A stretch of DNA of 45,668 nucleotides, filler included, from Jimgerdemannia flammicorona (Eukaryota): the NCBI GenBank assembly GCA_003990765.1. It is 2 parts of 2 records of this genome, joined end to end, with 100 filler letters (N's around TTAATTAATTAA, not from the genome) between each part and the next. Parts side by side here need not be neighbours in the genome. Positions count along the whole stretch, not along the records: positions 22,886 to 45,668 come from RBNJ01001205.1; 1 more part is not named here. One strand, 5' to 3'. The position numbers and the translations under genes are program-made. Below the pieces are notes generated by a model. The model did no database searches. It was not told the origin of the DNA and worked only from the letters and a program-made list of their open reading frames with translations. Positions 24,189-34,743 of this stretch are shown here, piece by piece (positions within the stretch are counted from its first letter, which is position 1; the number at the start of each line of letters is the position of its first letter).

Positions 24189-25740
24189 TATAATATAATA
24201 GGTGCATAACTAGATAAATGTAGCAGATTTCTATAACTCTTCTTGACTCCTCAGAGTTACAAGTAGTATCTATCTGATCTCATTATCAGACTATCAGAGT
24301 AAGGCTTAAACTCTTTTGATCTGAGGTTTATTTACTCTAGATACTGAGATATTTATACAAGTTTACTAGCTATTAAGTGGCTAAGTTATGACTATATTTC
24401 CTATAAGTTACTTTTTATAAGTATAGATATTCTATATTTGTAAAATCTCTACATTTATAAAGTTTCTATGTTTGTAAAATGACTGTTATTTGTAAGAGTT
24501 TAGATACTGTAATCAAATATCTATTTTCTATTTTTATTTCATACTATATATTATATCTTCCTAAATAGATTATTTTTAATATAAAAATATCTATTCAAAT
24601 TCCTAAATCTCAATGTTTATATGTATATTTGTTCCCCTTATATAAACATATTTGTGATATATTAAAGCAATTATTAGAATTTTTTTTGAGATTCTAAAAA
24701 AAGTCTTTAAATAATTAATTCAGATAATAGTATATATATCATCAAAAGTCAGATAATGGTATCTTCAAAAAGTAATATAGTAGTAAATCATATACTTGTA
24801 TTACAAGATGGCTTCCAGGCTTATCTAATATAGATATCTTCAAAAATTAAGAGAAAGCAAATCATATATTATAGGACAGTAATTGTATATTATGGAATAG
24901 TAAATTATATATTATAGGATCATAAACTGTATATTATAGGATGATAAATTATATAACACAGAATAGCATTTCATATATTATAGGATGGCAAATAATATAT
25001 CATAGGACAGCAAATTGTATATCATGGAATAGCTTCTAGGCTTGTTGAGTATAGGTAATAGATCATATCTTCAAAAGTTGAATAATGATTTATATATTAT
25101 CAAAAATCAGATAATGATGGTTTGTATATTGTCAAAAGTTAGATAATAATGACTTGTATCTTCAAAAGTCAGGTGGTAATAAATCATATATTACAGAATA
25201 GCTTCTAGGCTCATCAAGTATATAATAAGCCATATCTTCAAAAGTTGGGTGGTAGCAAATCATATATTATAGGATAGCTTCCAGGCTCATTGAGTATAGG
25301 TAATAGACTTTGGAATGATAAATCATATGTCACAGGACAGATGGTATCAGTTGTTCATTGTTTAGCTTAAAAGTGAGAGATTTATCTTGACTTAAATTAC
25401 CAGTCAATGGGTATTAAGTTGTAATATAGTAGATATATAATCAGGAAAATGCAGAAGATTTCTATAACTCTTTTTGTCTCCTTAGAGTTATAAGTAGTAT
25501 CTATCTGATCTCATTATTAACTATCAGGGTGAGACTCAAACTCTTTTAATCTAAGGTTTATTCACTCTAGATACTGGGATATTTATATAAGTTTGCTAGC
25601 TATAAGATGGCTAAGTTATGACTATATTTTCTATAAGTCACTTTTTATAGGTATAGATTCTGTACATCTATAAAATCTCTATATTTATAAACTATGATCA
25701 AATGTCTATTTTCTTTTTCTATTTTATACTATATGTAACA
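24189..25740 (-). mobile_element. TRIM-like non-autonomous LTR element; LTRs 25420-25740 and 24189-24555
   Basis: Direct repeats of ~320-370 bp, 4-bp TSD ATAC. PBS/leader ~25340-25419 and PPT 24556-24563 resemble Gypsy B. Interior is non-coding tandem repeats. Confidence 0.85.
24700..25340. repeat. Composite tandem-repeat array inside the TRIM-like element
   Basis: About 8 units of 22 bp (atatatcataggacagcaaatt-like) at ~24863-25033, plus recurring tatcttcaaaagtcagataat and gcttccaggctcat units. Confidence 0.8.
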
Positions 25741-25799
25741 ATACTTATAATTAGTATACATATCTATTTCACCACTTATATTGCTAGGCTGATCATTAC

Positions 25800-27599
25800 T
25801 TATTAATTCTAGTATAATATATATTAAAAAGAGAAGGGGTTTTTTTTTACTATAGCTACTTAGTACTTATGAGACTTATAATCTTTATTGTAAAAGAGAG
25901 ATCAATTTTATAGAAGTTATATATATATATTACATATTTTATATATTACTAATAAATAATATAAAACTGATAGAATAGTATAATTATATATTAATATATT
26001 GAGTTATTATTAAAACATTTTAATAGTACTTAGAGTTCTTAGGTATTACTTATAATTTAGAAAGAAAAGAATTTTTTTTATTAAAATCTATTTAATTATT
26101 TTATTTATATTAGCTAAAGATTCTAAGTATCTGCTTCAGAGTTTTATTAATATATAGAGTAATATATAAATTATAGAAGAATTTTAACTTTATATATAAA
26201 ATATAAAAAAATAACTTTAAAAGTTACTTATAAACTTTATATAATTAAAAACTAAAGTACTTAACATATTATTTGTATAATCTAAATATAAAGTTAAAAA
26301 ATATTTCAGTAGTTTCAAAGACTGTTGTAGTAATTTTTATTAGTATAAAGTAGATTTATTTACTAATATAGTCTACAAATATAATAATAATATTCTAATT
26401 ATTTCTAATTTTAAAGAGTTATATAATAAAGTTTATTATAATATAATTTTTAGTTATAAATTAAATTGAAAGAAGTTATAAAAACTAGCTAATAGTTTAT
26501 TATTACTTTAGAATTTTTAATATATATATTAAAGAAGACTATAAAGATTTTAATATCTTTAAATATTTTACTAGTAATATTTTTGAGAAATAAGATTATA
26601 GATTTTATTAAACTAAAATTTTTCTATATCTGAAATATTATATAAATAATCTTAAGTCTGGGATTATTATTTCTAGATATTACTACTTATTTATAAACTT
26701 TATAAATAAGTTTATCTCAATATATAAATCTCTTAATTATTTTTTTTATAACTTCAGATATTTTGGAGTCTAGATTCTAATAATACTAAAGAAAATTCAG
26801 CAATAGATTATTCTTTTATTAATTATCTTTAATGAGTTAAATAAGATTACTAATAACTTTAATAAAAAGAATAAGTTAGTTTTCTATATCTTAAGAATAT
26901 ATCTATTATTTAGTAAAATATATTTATCTCTATAATAAAAATATAATGATCTTTATTTATTATTCTTAATTATAGATCAGTATTTACTAAATATATTTAA
27001 GAGTATAGTAATTTATATACTATAAAAGATTATTTAAATAAGAAATAATATTATTTTTTGAAGGCTATAACTATAGTAAATAACTTTTTTTTATAAATAA
27101 TATAGTTTATTTTGACTGACTTGAGTTTCTGAGAAAGGTAGACTACTGAATAGTCTTTTTGACTAAATATTATTTTAATAATAATATTAGAAATATTAGT
27201 TATTAAAGTAAAATTTTTTAATAAATTTAATATAATAAGAATTAAGATATTAGTTAAAAGTCTTTTGAGATAGTTCATATATAGTCTTAATACAGATATG
27301 AGTTGATTCATTTTTAATATTTATATTCATTTGAATTAGACTAATAAGTAAAGCTATAATAGCTCAGTATTTATAATAAATTATTAATAATATGTATCTA
27401 ACTATTTTTAAGAATCTTTACTATAATTTAAAAGTTATTGAAATACAGAAATTCTATAGTACTAATACTTTTTTTAAATTCTATATTGATACTATTACTT
27501 AAGATAATATAAACTGGATAATTAATTAGTTTTTAATAAAACTTATTTTTATATAGTTAGTATTTTATAATATAATTGATATACTTTTAAAATAGATAT
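25800..27599 (-). pseudogene. pol: Extremely AT-rich Gypsy pol relic D (RT end, RNase H, probable integrase); left boundary approximate
   Basis: FTLITNISNIIIKIIFSQKDYSVVYLSQKLKSVKINYIIYKKKLFTIVIAFKK is a hypermutated Gypsy RNase H (TDAS..GAVLSQ..PVAYLSRKL..EKELLAIV). Confidence 0.75.
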
Positions 27600-27714
27600 T
27601 ATAATGATGACCCCAGAATGATGACATCAGCACAGGAGACAGCCTTTCCTTATAAGCCACCAGATCAGAGCATAAGAAGATTATATGGCATACAAGATGA
27701 GCAATGATGACCAA

Positions 27715-27761
27715 CTATGAGTCATTGTGACCACAGTATGAGTATCTTGAAGAATATAAAA
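27715..27761 (+). promoter_or_regulatory. Putative promoter of the LTR ORF: ATGAGTCAT (AP-1/Gcn4-like) and TATAAAA
   Basis: ATGAGTCAT 27717-27725, TATAAAA 27755-27761, about 80 bp upstream of ACAAAATG; core motifs retained in the 3' LTR. Confidence 0.5.
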
Positions 27762-27841
27762 GAAGGATCAAGGAACTGTAGTAGCAGCAACCAACAAGAA
27801 CCACCAATCCCAAAATAGCTCAAAGACTTACCACAAACAAA

Positions 27842-28645
27842 ATGCCTACTACCCGCCAAACCTTAAGGTCTAGAAATCACCAAGGTATCTTAGTTGAGAA
27901 AAGGATGTTCCAAGACATCAGAAGAGCCATGAGGACCTGCTCAAGAAGGACTCCTAGTGTCAACCTGGGTACTGCAGACCCTTATCACTTTATCCTCTAC
28001 TACTGCGAAATAGAAACAAGGATCACCATTACTACCAAATACCTCCAAATGTGGCAGGAGTACAAAATAGAAAACCTCCTCTGCCGGGAGTTCCAACAGG
28101 CCAGCACCCAAGAGCTACAAGATGCCACTCCCATGGATATACATGAAACAAGGACAGCTAAGAAGATCCATCAGATCTTCAGACATGCACCATGGTCGAT
28201 CCTCAACTTGGAGTATGTTAGAGTCTCAGATTTCAGAGACCTATCATCCTGCTGTATCAATATACTAGAAGCCAGGATGGCTACAGAAGCTCAGTCCACT
28301 ATCACCCTCAATAGTGAAGAAGTAGAAGACTTCTGGCACCCTATCCTTCAGGACAACTCAGATCAATTCCTGTAAGAATTGATCTCAGTATTCCAAGGCC
28401 CAAGCATCTGGGTTAGATCTCCCCAAGACCCCACATTTGTTCCTTATTTTGTAGAAGAGAACCTCATAGACTGGAGAGCTCCAGACCTTGTCTCTGATTT
28501 CCCCACCACAGCCGAACATGATGACATCATTGATGATGTCATCCTGCATGACATCGAAGTACGCAAAAATGACGAATTTGCAGATCTCATCTCCTTCAGT
28601 GATGATGATGATGAAGCCCCCATAATCCTGAACTTTCTGCTCTAA
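27842..28645 (+). pseudogene. LTR-encoded 267-aa ORF of unknown function (5' copy, one premature TAA)
   Basis: ORF-track segments 27842-28375 and 28379-28645 are in frame; the stop is CAA in the 3' LTR copy. Confidence 0.85.
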
Positions 28646-28815
28646 GTTCTTTATTTACTGGATAATGCCAGCACCAGCATTCTGAGGTGACGCGAAATTA
28701 TTCCAGCACTGGTATTTTGATGTGACACTAAATAATACCAGCCCTAGAACTTAGTAGTTTTAGTTATTGGAATTTATATTTAGCTTTATATCTTAGCAAT
28801 CATTGAATTATATTT

Positions 28816-28850
28816 TATATAAATACCCCTCTTATTTTCTCTGAAATAAA
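28816..28850 (+). promoter_or_regulatory. Second TATA box and AATAAA signal at the presumed U3/R region
   Basis: TATATAAATA 28816-28825 and AATAAA 28845-28850; equivalent motifs near 35998-36030. Confidence 0.55.
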
Positions 28851-29059
28851 GTTGGTTCCTCTTAGTGCAACATACACACTTCCTTGCAAGCAATCTAAGA
28901 GATAACAAGATAGTTAAAGATAAGAAGTTTGAGGACTATAAGACCTTGGGAAGGCACTCCAACAAGAACTTGCTTATAACAACTTGAGTTAGTCAAAGAG
29001 ATATATCTTGAAGAGAATCTGGCATATTTGAAGGACTCAGCGACCACTATTTGACAACT

Positions 29060-29077
29060 TGGTGCCCATTGGCTGGT
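29060..29077 (+). promoter_or_regulatory. Primer-binding site of Gypsy B
   Basis: TGGTGCCCATTGGCTGGT, 3 nt after the LTR end; starts with TGG, complementary to tRNA CCA. Primer identity not established. Confidence 0.7.
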
Positions 29078-29137
29078 GATTCAAGATGAATCCCTCACTT
29101 TCAAGCTGAAAAATGAACAACCCCCACAACAACTACC

Positions 29138-32100
29138 TTGACTACAAGAGTCACCTCTGCAAGAATTCAAGACAAGATGGAAATACGCCCCCCCACATTC
29201 TATGGATATACTACTGAAGAGTTAATCCTGACCTTCATTGAAGACTTTGAACAATTTACTGCCATACAAGCTCTTGGTGTGGATGCTCAATTGGCCCTTC
29301 TACCAGTCAGCCTCAGAGGACCTACCAGAGACAAGTTCAATGCAGCCACCATTGCTGATGCTGATGCAGCCAAACTTGCCAATATGAAGATCTTCCTCAG
29401 AACAACATATTATACCAAAGAGATCAAGTAAGCTCTCAAGGATCAACTCAATTCTATCTGCCAGGGACTTAGTGAAGATCCCAACTCATTCTATATCCAA
29501 ATCTGCCACCAGATTGTCTTGGCTGGCTATGATGATGCCCTCAAGAAACAAATAGCAGATTCAACCTTCCTCAAAGGAGTTCACCCTGAAATTGCTCTAG
29601 CAATTCAGTCTACCCTAGCTGCACTGACCCTTGATCAGAAAGTGGTCTTTACACAGAGATATTGGACTGCTAGACACCCTGCCAAACACTCAATGGAGAA
29701 AATAACTGGCATAAAGATGGAGCCATCAAAGCCGACTAGTATCTTATCTGCCACAGTTGTAAACAGACAACCAACCCCACCTATCTCCAAGATAGCCAAA
29801 GCTGACCCAGTGGAAGAACTTGCCAAGCAGTTTGCCAAGATGACTGCACACCTTGGTGATGTTGTTAGAGAAGTCTGAAGTGCCAACAGGAGACCAGTGC
29901 AGAGATTTACAGCTGCTACAGAAGAATGCAATATCATATGCTTCAGATGAGGAGAAGAAGGCCACTATGCAAAGAGTTGCATGACCGAAACAAGATGCAA
30001 AGCCCAACCAAGCAATGCTAGCAGAACCAGAGAACAAACTAATGCAGTAGTCATCGAGGAGATTGGTGACACTGATGATGAGGAATACTATGAGGAGCTC
30101 GAATTCTACCCTGCTACCGAAGGTACCAGAACCCGGTCCAAGCCATATGACAAGAAGAGCAACAGCAAGCCAGTTGGAAGACCAAAAAAGACTCCAGCTG
30201 TCACTATTCAAAGTAAGACCCAACACAAGGAGATTGATCAAGACATAGAGTTAGACGAGGCTGCCTGCCAAATTATCGAAGGCACTACTCCAGTCTCAGG
30301 AGAAAGCAAAAGCAAGAAGGAACAGAAGCTGTGCAAGACCAAGATCCACTAGTATGACATCTACAAGGACCTCAAGGAACAGAAGGTCAATGCCACTTTT
30401 GGGTAGCTAGCTAAAGTCTCTGCCTTCAGACAGCAGTTGAGAGTAGGACTTGCAACTACTATCAAGAATGAAGAGTACAAGATTGTAGAAGCTCACAATG
30501 TACAAGAAGAATCTGAGAACTCAGGTGAAGAATCTGAAGACCAGTGCAAGACATCAGCCTATACCCCCTGCCAGATCAAAGACTTTATCTTTGATGCCAT
30601 CATTGATACTAGTGCTGGAGGATGCCTCATGAGCAAGAAGGCAATTGACCACCTAGGTTGGGACATTGAAGAGTCCACCAAGATGGTCTATATCACAGCA
30701 GATGGTATACAAGCTACCCCCCTTGACAAAATCCAAGAAGTACCCATTAAGATAGAAGGAGCTACCATCCCAGTAGACATGATTGTTACAAGCACCACCA
30801 ACTATGACATCCTCATTGGCAACCAATGGCTTCACAAGGCCAAGGCCATCATTGACCTCAATGTCCAGAAGATGCAGATCAACTACAAAGGAAGAAAGGT
30901 ACAAGTTTCTATCAATGTCCACAAAGGAGTCCTGTCAGACATAGAGGAAGGAGATGAAGAAGACACAGAGGTCTTCATGCACTCAGTGAACAAGAATAAG
31001 AACAAGACACCCAAGCTTACAGATGAGCAGTGGTATAACAAGATCATTGATGGGTATGCCCCTCAAGGAAGATGCCCCCATGGTACTAGAATGTACTGCT
31101 CCAAACACCTGAATGACTGCTGGTCCTGTATCAGTGAAGTCAGGAAAATCCATCAACAGAAATATGAGCAAGAAGCTGCTGAAGTAAAAAGGAAAGCTGA
31201 AGAAGATGACCAGCCCCCAGAGCTTCAAGCTGACAGTGATGATGAGAAGGAATAAGAATCAGACATCACCCTTAAGGTCAAGAAGTTTCACCCTGAAGTT
31301 AAGATCCCAGAATACAAGACTGAAGGAGCCATAGGAATGGACCTTGCTAGCATCCAAGATGCTACCCTTGAACCACAGACCACAACCCTACTTGGCACTG
31401 GAATTGGAGTCAAGTTGCCAGAAAACCATACCGGAATTATCAAGACCAGGAGCAGTCTGGCCAAAAGTGAAATCTCAGTTGAAGGAGGAGTAATTGACCC
31501 TGATTATACTGGTGAGATTTTTCTCATAGTCAGAAATCACAACCACACCACCCCCTTCAAAGTCAAGAAGCATGACAGGATTGGCCAGATGCTGATCCAC
31601 GAAATCAAGAAGCCCAAGATCATAGAGGCCACTGAACTTATCAAGACCAAGAGAGGAGAACAAGGCTTTGGATCTACTGGAAGAGGAGCCTATGCTGCCA
31701 CCAAGATTACTGAACTTGAGCACAAGAAAGATAAGGACCAGGACAAGCACATATATACCATTGGAGAAAACTTTCCCCTGGAGGAACAACTTCTCAAGAT
31801 CCTGTACCAGAACAAAGGAGTACTTGCTACAGACTTTAGGGATATCCACAATCAAGAACCCAAATACCACCATGAAGTTGACACTGGTGATACCAAGCCT
31901 ATCTATCAGAAAGCCAGACCCATACCACCTGCCTACAGAGAGTGGCTGTGAGCTAAACTCAAGGAAATGGAAGAAGCTGGAATCATCAAGCAAGCTATCA
32001 GCCCCTGGGTCTCACCAATTGTCCTTGCCCCAAAGAAAGGAAGCAAGTCTGGAGAGTTTGCACCAAGACTCTGCATTGACTACAGGAAACTCAATGCCAT

Positions 32101-33157
32101 CACCAAGAAGGATAGGCAGCCCTTGCTGAATATTCAAGAAATCCTTACCACTCTTGGAAGCAAAGCCAAATACTACACCACCTTGGATCTGTTCTCAGGC
32201 TTCCATCAAATCAGTCTCAATCAAGATGCCAGTGAGAAATCAGCCTTAATCACACCTGATGCCACCTATATCTATCTGCGAATGCCATTTGGAATGTACA
32301 ATGCCCCAGCAAGTTTCCAGCGAATGATGAACAGAGTCTTCAGCAATGAGATTGGAAAATGGTATTGATGATGTGATCATCTTCAGCAACACTACATGGG
32401 AACATGTCAATCACATACAGCTAGCCCTCAAGAGGCTCAAGGAGTATGGCCTCTACATCAAGCCCAAGAAATGCAAGTTTGCAGCTCAAGAAAACGCCTA
32501 CCTAGGACACCTCATCAACCAGACTGGAATCCACATAGACCCCATGAAGATCGAGGCTGTTGCAGCCTACCCAAGACCCAGAACAACCATGAAGTCCATG
32601 CCTTCCTTGGACTGGCCAGCTACTACAGAAGATTCATCAAAGGATACTCCAACATTGCAGTACCTATCTATGAGCTACTGAAGAAGGAGACCAAATTCGA
32701 ATGGACCAAGGAGTGCCAAGAAATCTTCAATGAACTCAAGACCAGGTTGACCCAAGTACCTATCCTCAGAAGACCAGACTGGAACCTAGAATTCACCCTG
32801 CAGACAGATGTGAGTGCTATAGGACTTGGAGTGGTTCTAGCTCAGAAGAAAGATGGACATAAATATGTCATCTCCTACACAAGCCAAGATACCCATGGAG
32901 CAGAACAGAACTATGAGTCATGCAAGCTTGAATGCTTAGCAGTAGTTTGGACAGTAGACAAGTTCCACTACTACCTAGCCGGAAAACACTTCACCATTTA
33001 AACAGACCATTCTGCTCTTGCCTGGCTATTCCACACTCTGAACCCCAAAGGAATATATGCCAGATAGATCTACAGGCTACAAGAATATGACTATACTGTC
33101 AAGCATCACCCAGGAAAGACCAATACCAATGCCAATGCACTCTTAAGGAAACCCTGA
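29138..33157 (+). pseudogene. pol: Gypsy B gag-pol: gag, Zn knuckle, protease, Cys module, dUTPase, RT, RNase H
   Basis: Six ORF-track segments from 29138 to 32368 share one frame. CFR*GEEGHYAKSC; IIDTSAG; SPWVSPIVL, LCIDYRKLN, LDLFSGFHQI, MPFG, IDDVII; FLGLASYYRRFI, QTDVS. Confidence 0.95.
31270..31685 (+). pseudogene. dut: dUTPase domain of Gypsy B, between protease and RT
   Basis: All five motifs: GMDL, RSSLA, GVIDPDYTGEI, RIGQ, RGEQGFGSTG. Confidence 0.95.
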
Positions 33158-33182
33158 AACATCACCATCAAGACTATTCAAC

Positions 33183-34395
33183 ATGAATAAGAAGCTATAC
33201 TATGGATTAATCAGCTACCTTGGGCAGTGGAAGATGCTCAACCACCTCGAACTCTGGACAATCACCATCATCAACCAGACTTGGAAACAGTTTGAATTAG
33301 ACAACACTACACTCAGAAAAGGAGGAAAGCTAGTAATACCTGAATATAAGAAGTATCAAGTAATGAAGGAAGTACACAAGCAAGGACACTTAGGAGGAAC
33401 CAACACATACGACAAGGCAAGAAGAATCATATGGTGGCCCAAAATGGAAGAAGACCTGCGCCAATTTGTCAAAGGGTGTGACAAGTGCCAAAAACAGAAA
33501 CAATATCAGCAAGACCAGATACCTGGATCATCAAGAATTGAGCCTATCCCCTTCCACCATATCACAATGGATATCATTGGACTACTACCAGTAACACTAT
33601 CAGGAAACTGCTATATTATAGTTATTATAGACCTCTTCACCAAATGGATAGAGGCAGGAGCATTACAAGAAGCCAATGCCCTCTCTATAGCTGATTTCCT
33701 ACACCGAGAAATCATCTGCCACTATAAGACACCAAAGCAAATCACAAGAGACTGCAGCACAGAATTTGTCAATGGATTCCACAAGATAATGTACCAAAAA
33801 TACAAGATCCAGCACATCAAGACCACTGCATACCACCCTCAAGAAAATGGACAGACAGAGAGAACCAACAAGACCCTCAAGAACATCCTAGCAAAGATCT
33901 CAGAGACATATGAGAATTAGGATAACTATCTCCCAACTGCCCTCTCTGTTCTATGAGACATACAGTCACAGAGCACACATTTTACCCCAAGAGAGCTGCT
34001 CTTCGGAGAAGAAGATTCTAATGGAACCTCAGCCACAAATCTAGACCTAACTTGGAGATGGGTTAATGCAGAAATCCAGAGACTACACCAAATCAGGAAG
34101 AAGGCTGAAGATTACATCACCAAGTTACAAACACTGACAAGGAAGAATGCGGAAAAGAATCACAAGGCCCTAGAACCCATCCAAATTGGAGAAAAGGTTC
34201 TACTATATCGAAATATAGTAGAAGCCTCATGGTCATGAAAACTGGAGCCCAAATGGGAAGGACCCTTCTACATGCAAGATATCAAGGGAACTACCTTCTG
34301 GCTTAGAAAAATCTCAGAGACCATACTGCCTACTATGGTACATAGAAACAGACTCAAGAAGTACCACGAACCTATACAAGAGAAGCAAAATGTGA
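33183..34395 (+). pseudogene. Gypsy B integrase (HHCC, DDE core, GPY/F; no chromodomain)
   Basis: H..GH..CDKC, MDIIG, IDLFTKW, TAYHPQENGQTERTN, KLEPKWEGPFY. Confidence 0.93.
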
Positions 34396-34743
34396 TGACC
34401 GCTCATGAGGTTCTAGTCCACAAATCATAACAGCATGTCCCATGACCAGCAGGCTATCTGTCTAGACCATTCTCTAAGGGATATGGCACTGGCAACTACT
34501 CATCCATGAGACTTTTGAAGTCAGAAGAGTTTGAACTGTCAACTGATTGGTCAAGATCAGAATCAGGCCCTTGCTCTATATGAAGGGAGTGACCCTTCAC
34601 CATCATGCCAAAATACAAAGGGAAGACACTAGTCTATAAACACCAGTTTTCAACCCCTTGCCAGAGGTTATGAGATCAGTAAATTTTTCAGGACTGGACC
34701 AATGAATAAGGATGCTCAGGAAGATCTTTATTCAGGAGGAAGA

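Larger units (their letters stand above)
27600..29056 (+). repeat. 5' LTR of Gypsy B (1457 bp)
   Basis: Colinear with 34744-36236; ends TTGACA, followed by ACT and the PBS. Confidence 0.95.

Noticed and set aside
24700..25340. Regular repeats suggesting a CRISPR array
   Set aside because: Degenerate tandem units without unique spacers, no cas genes, eukaryotic TE context.
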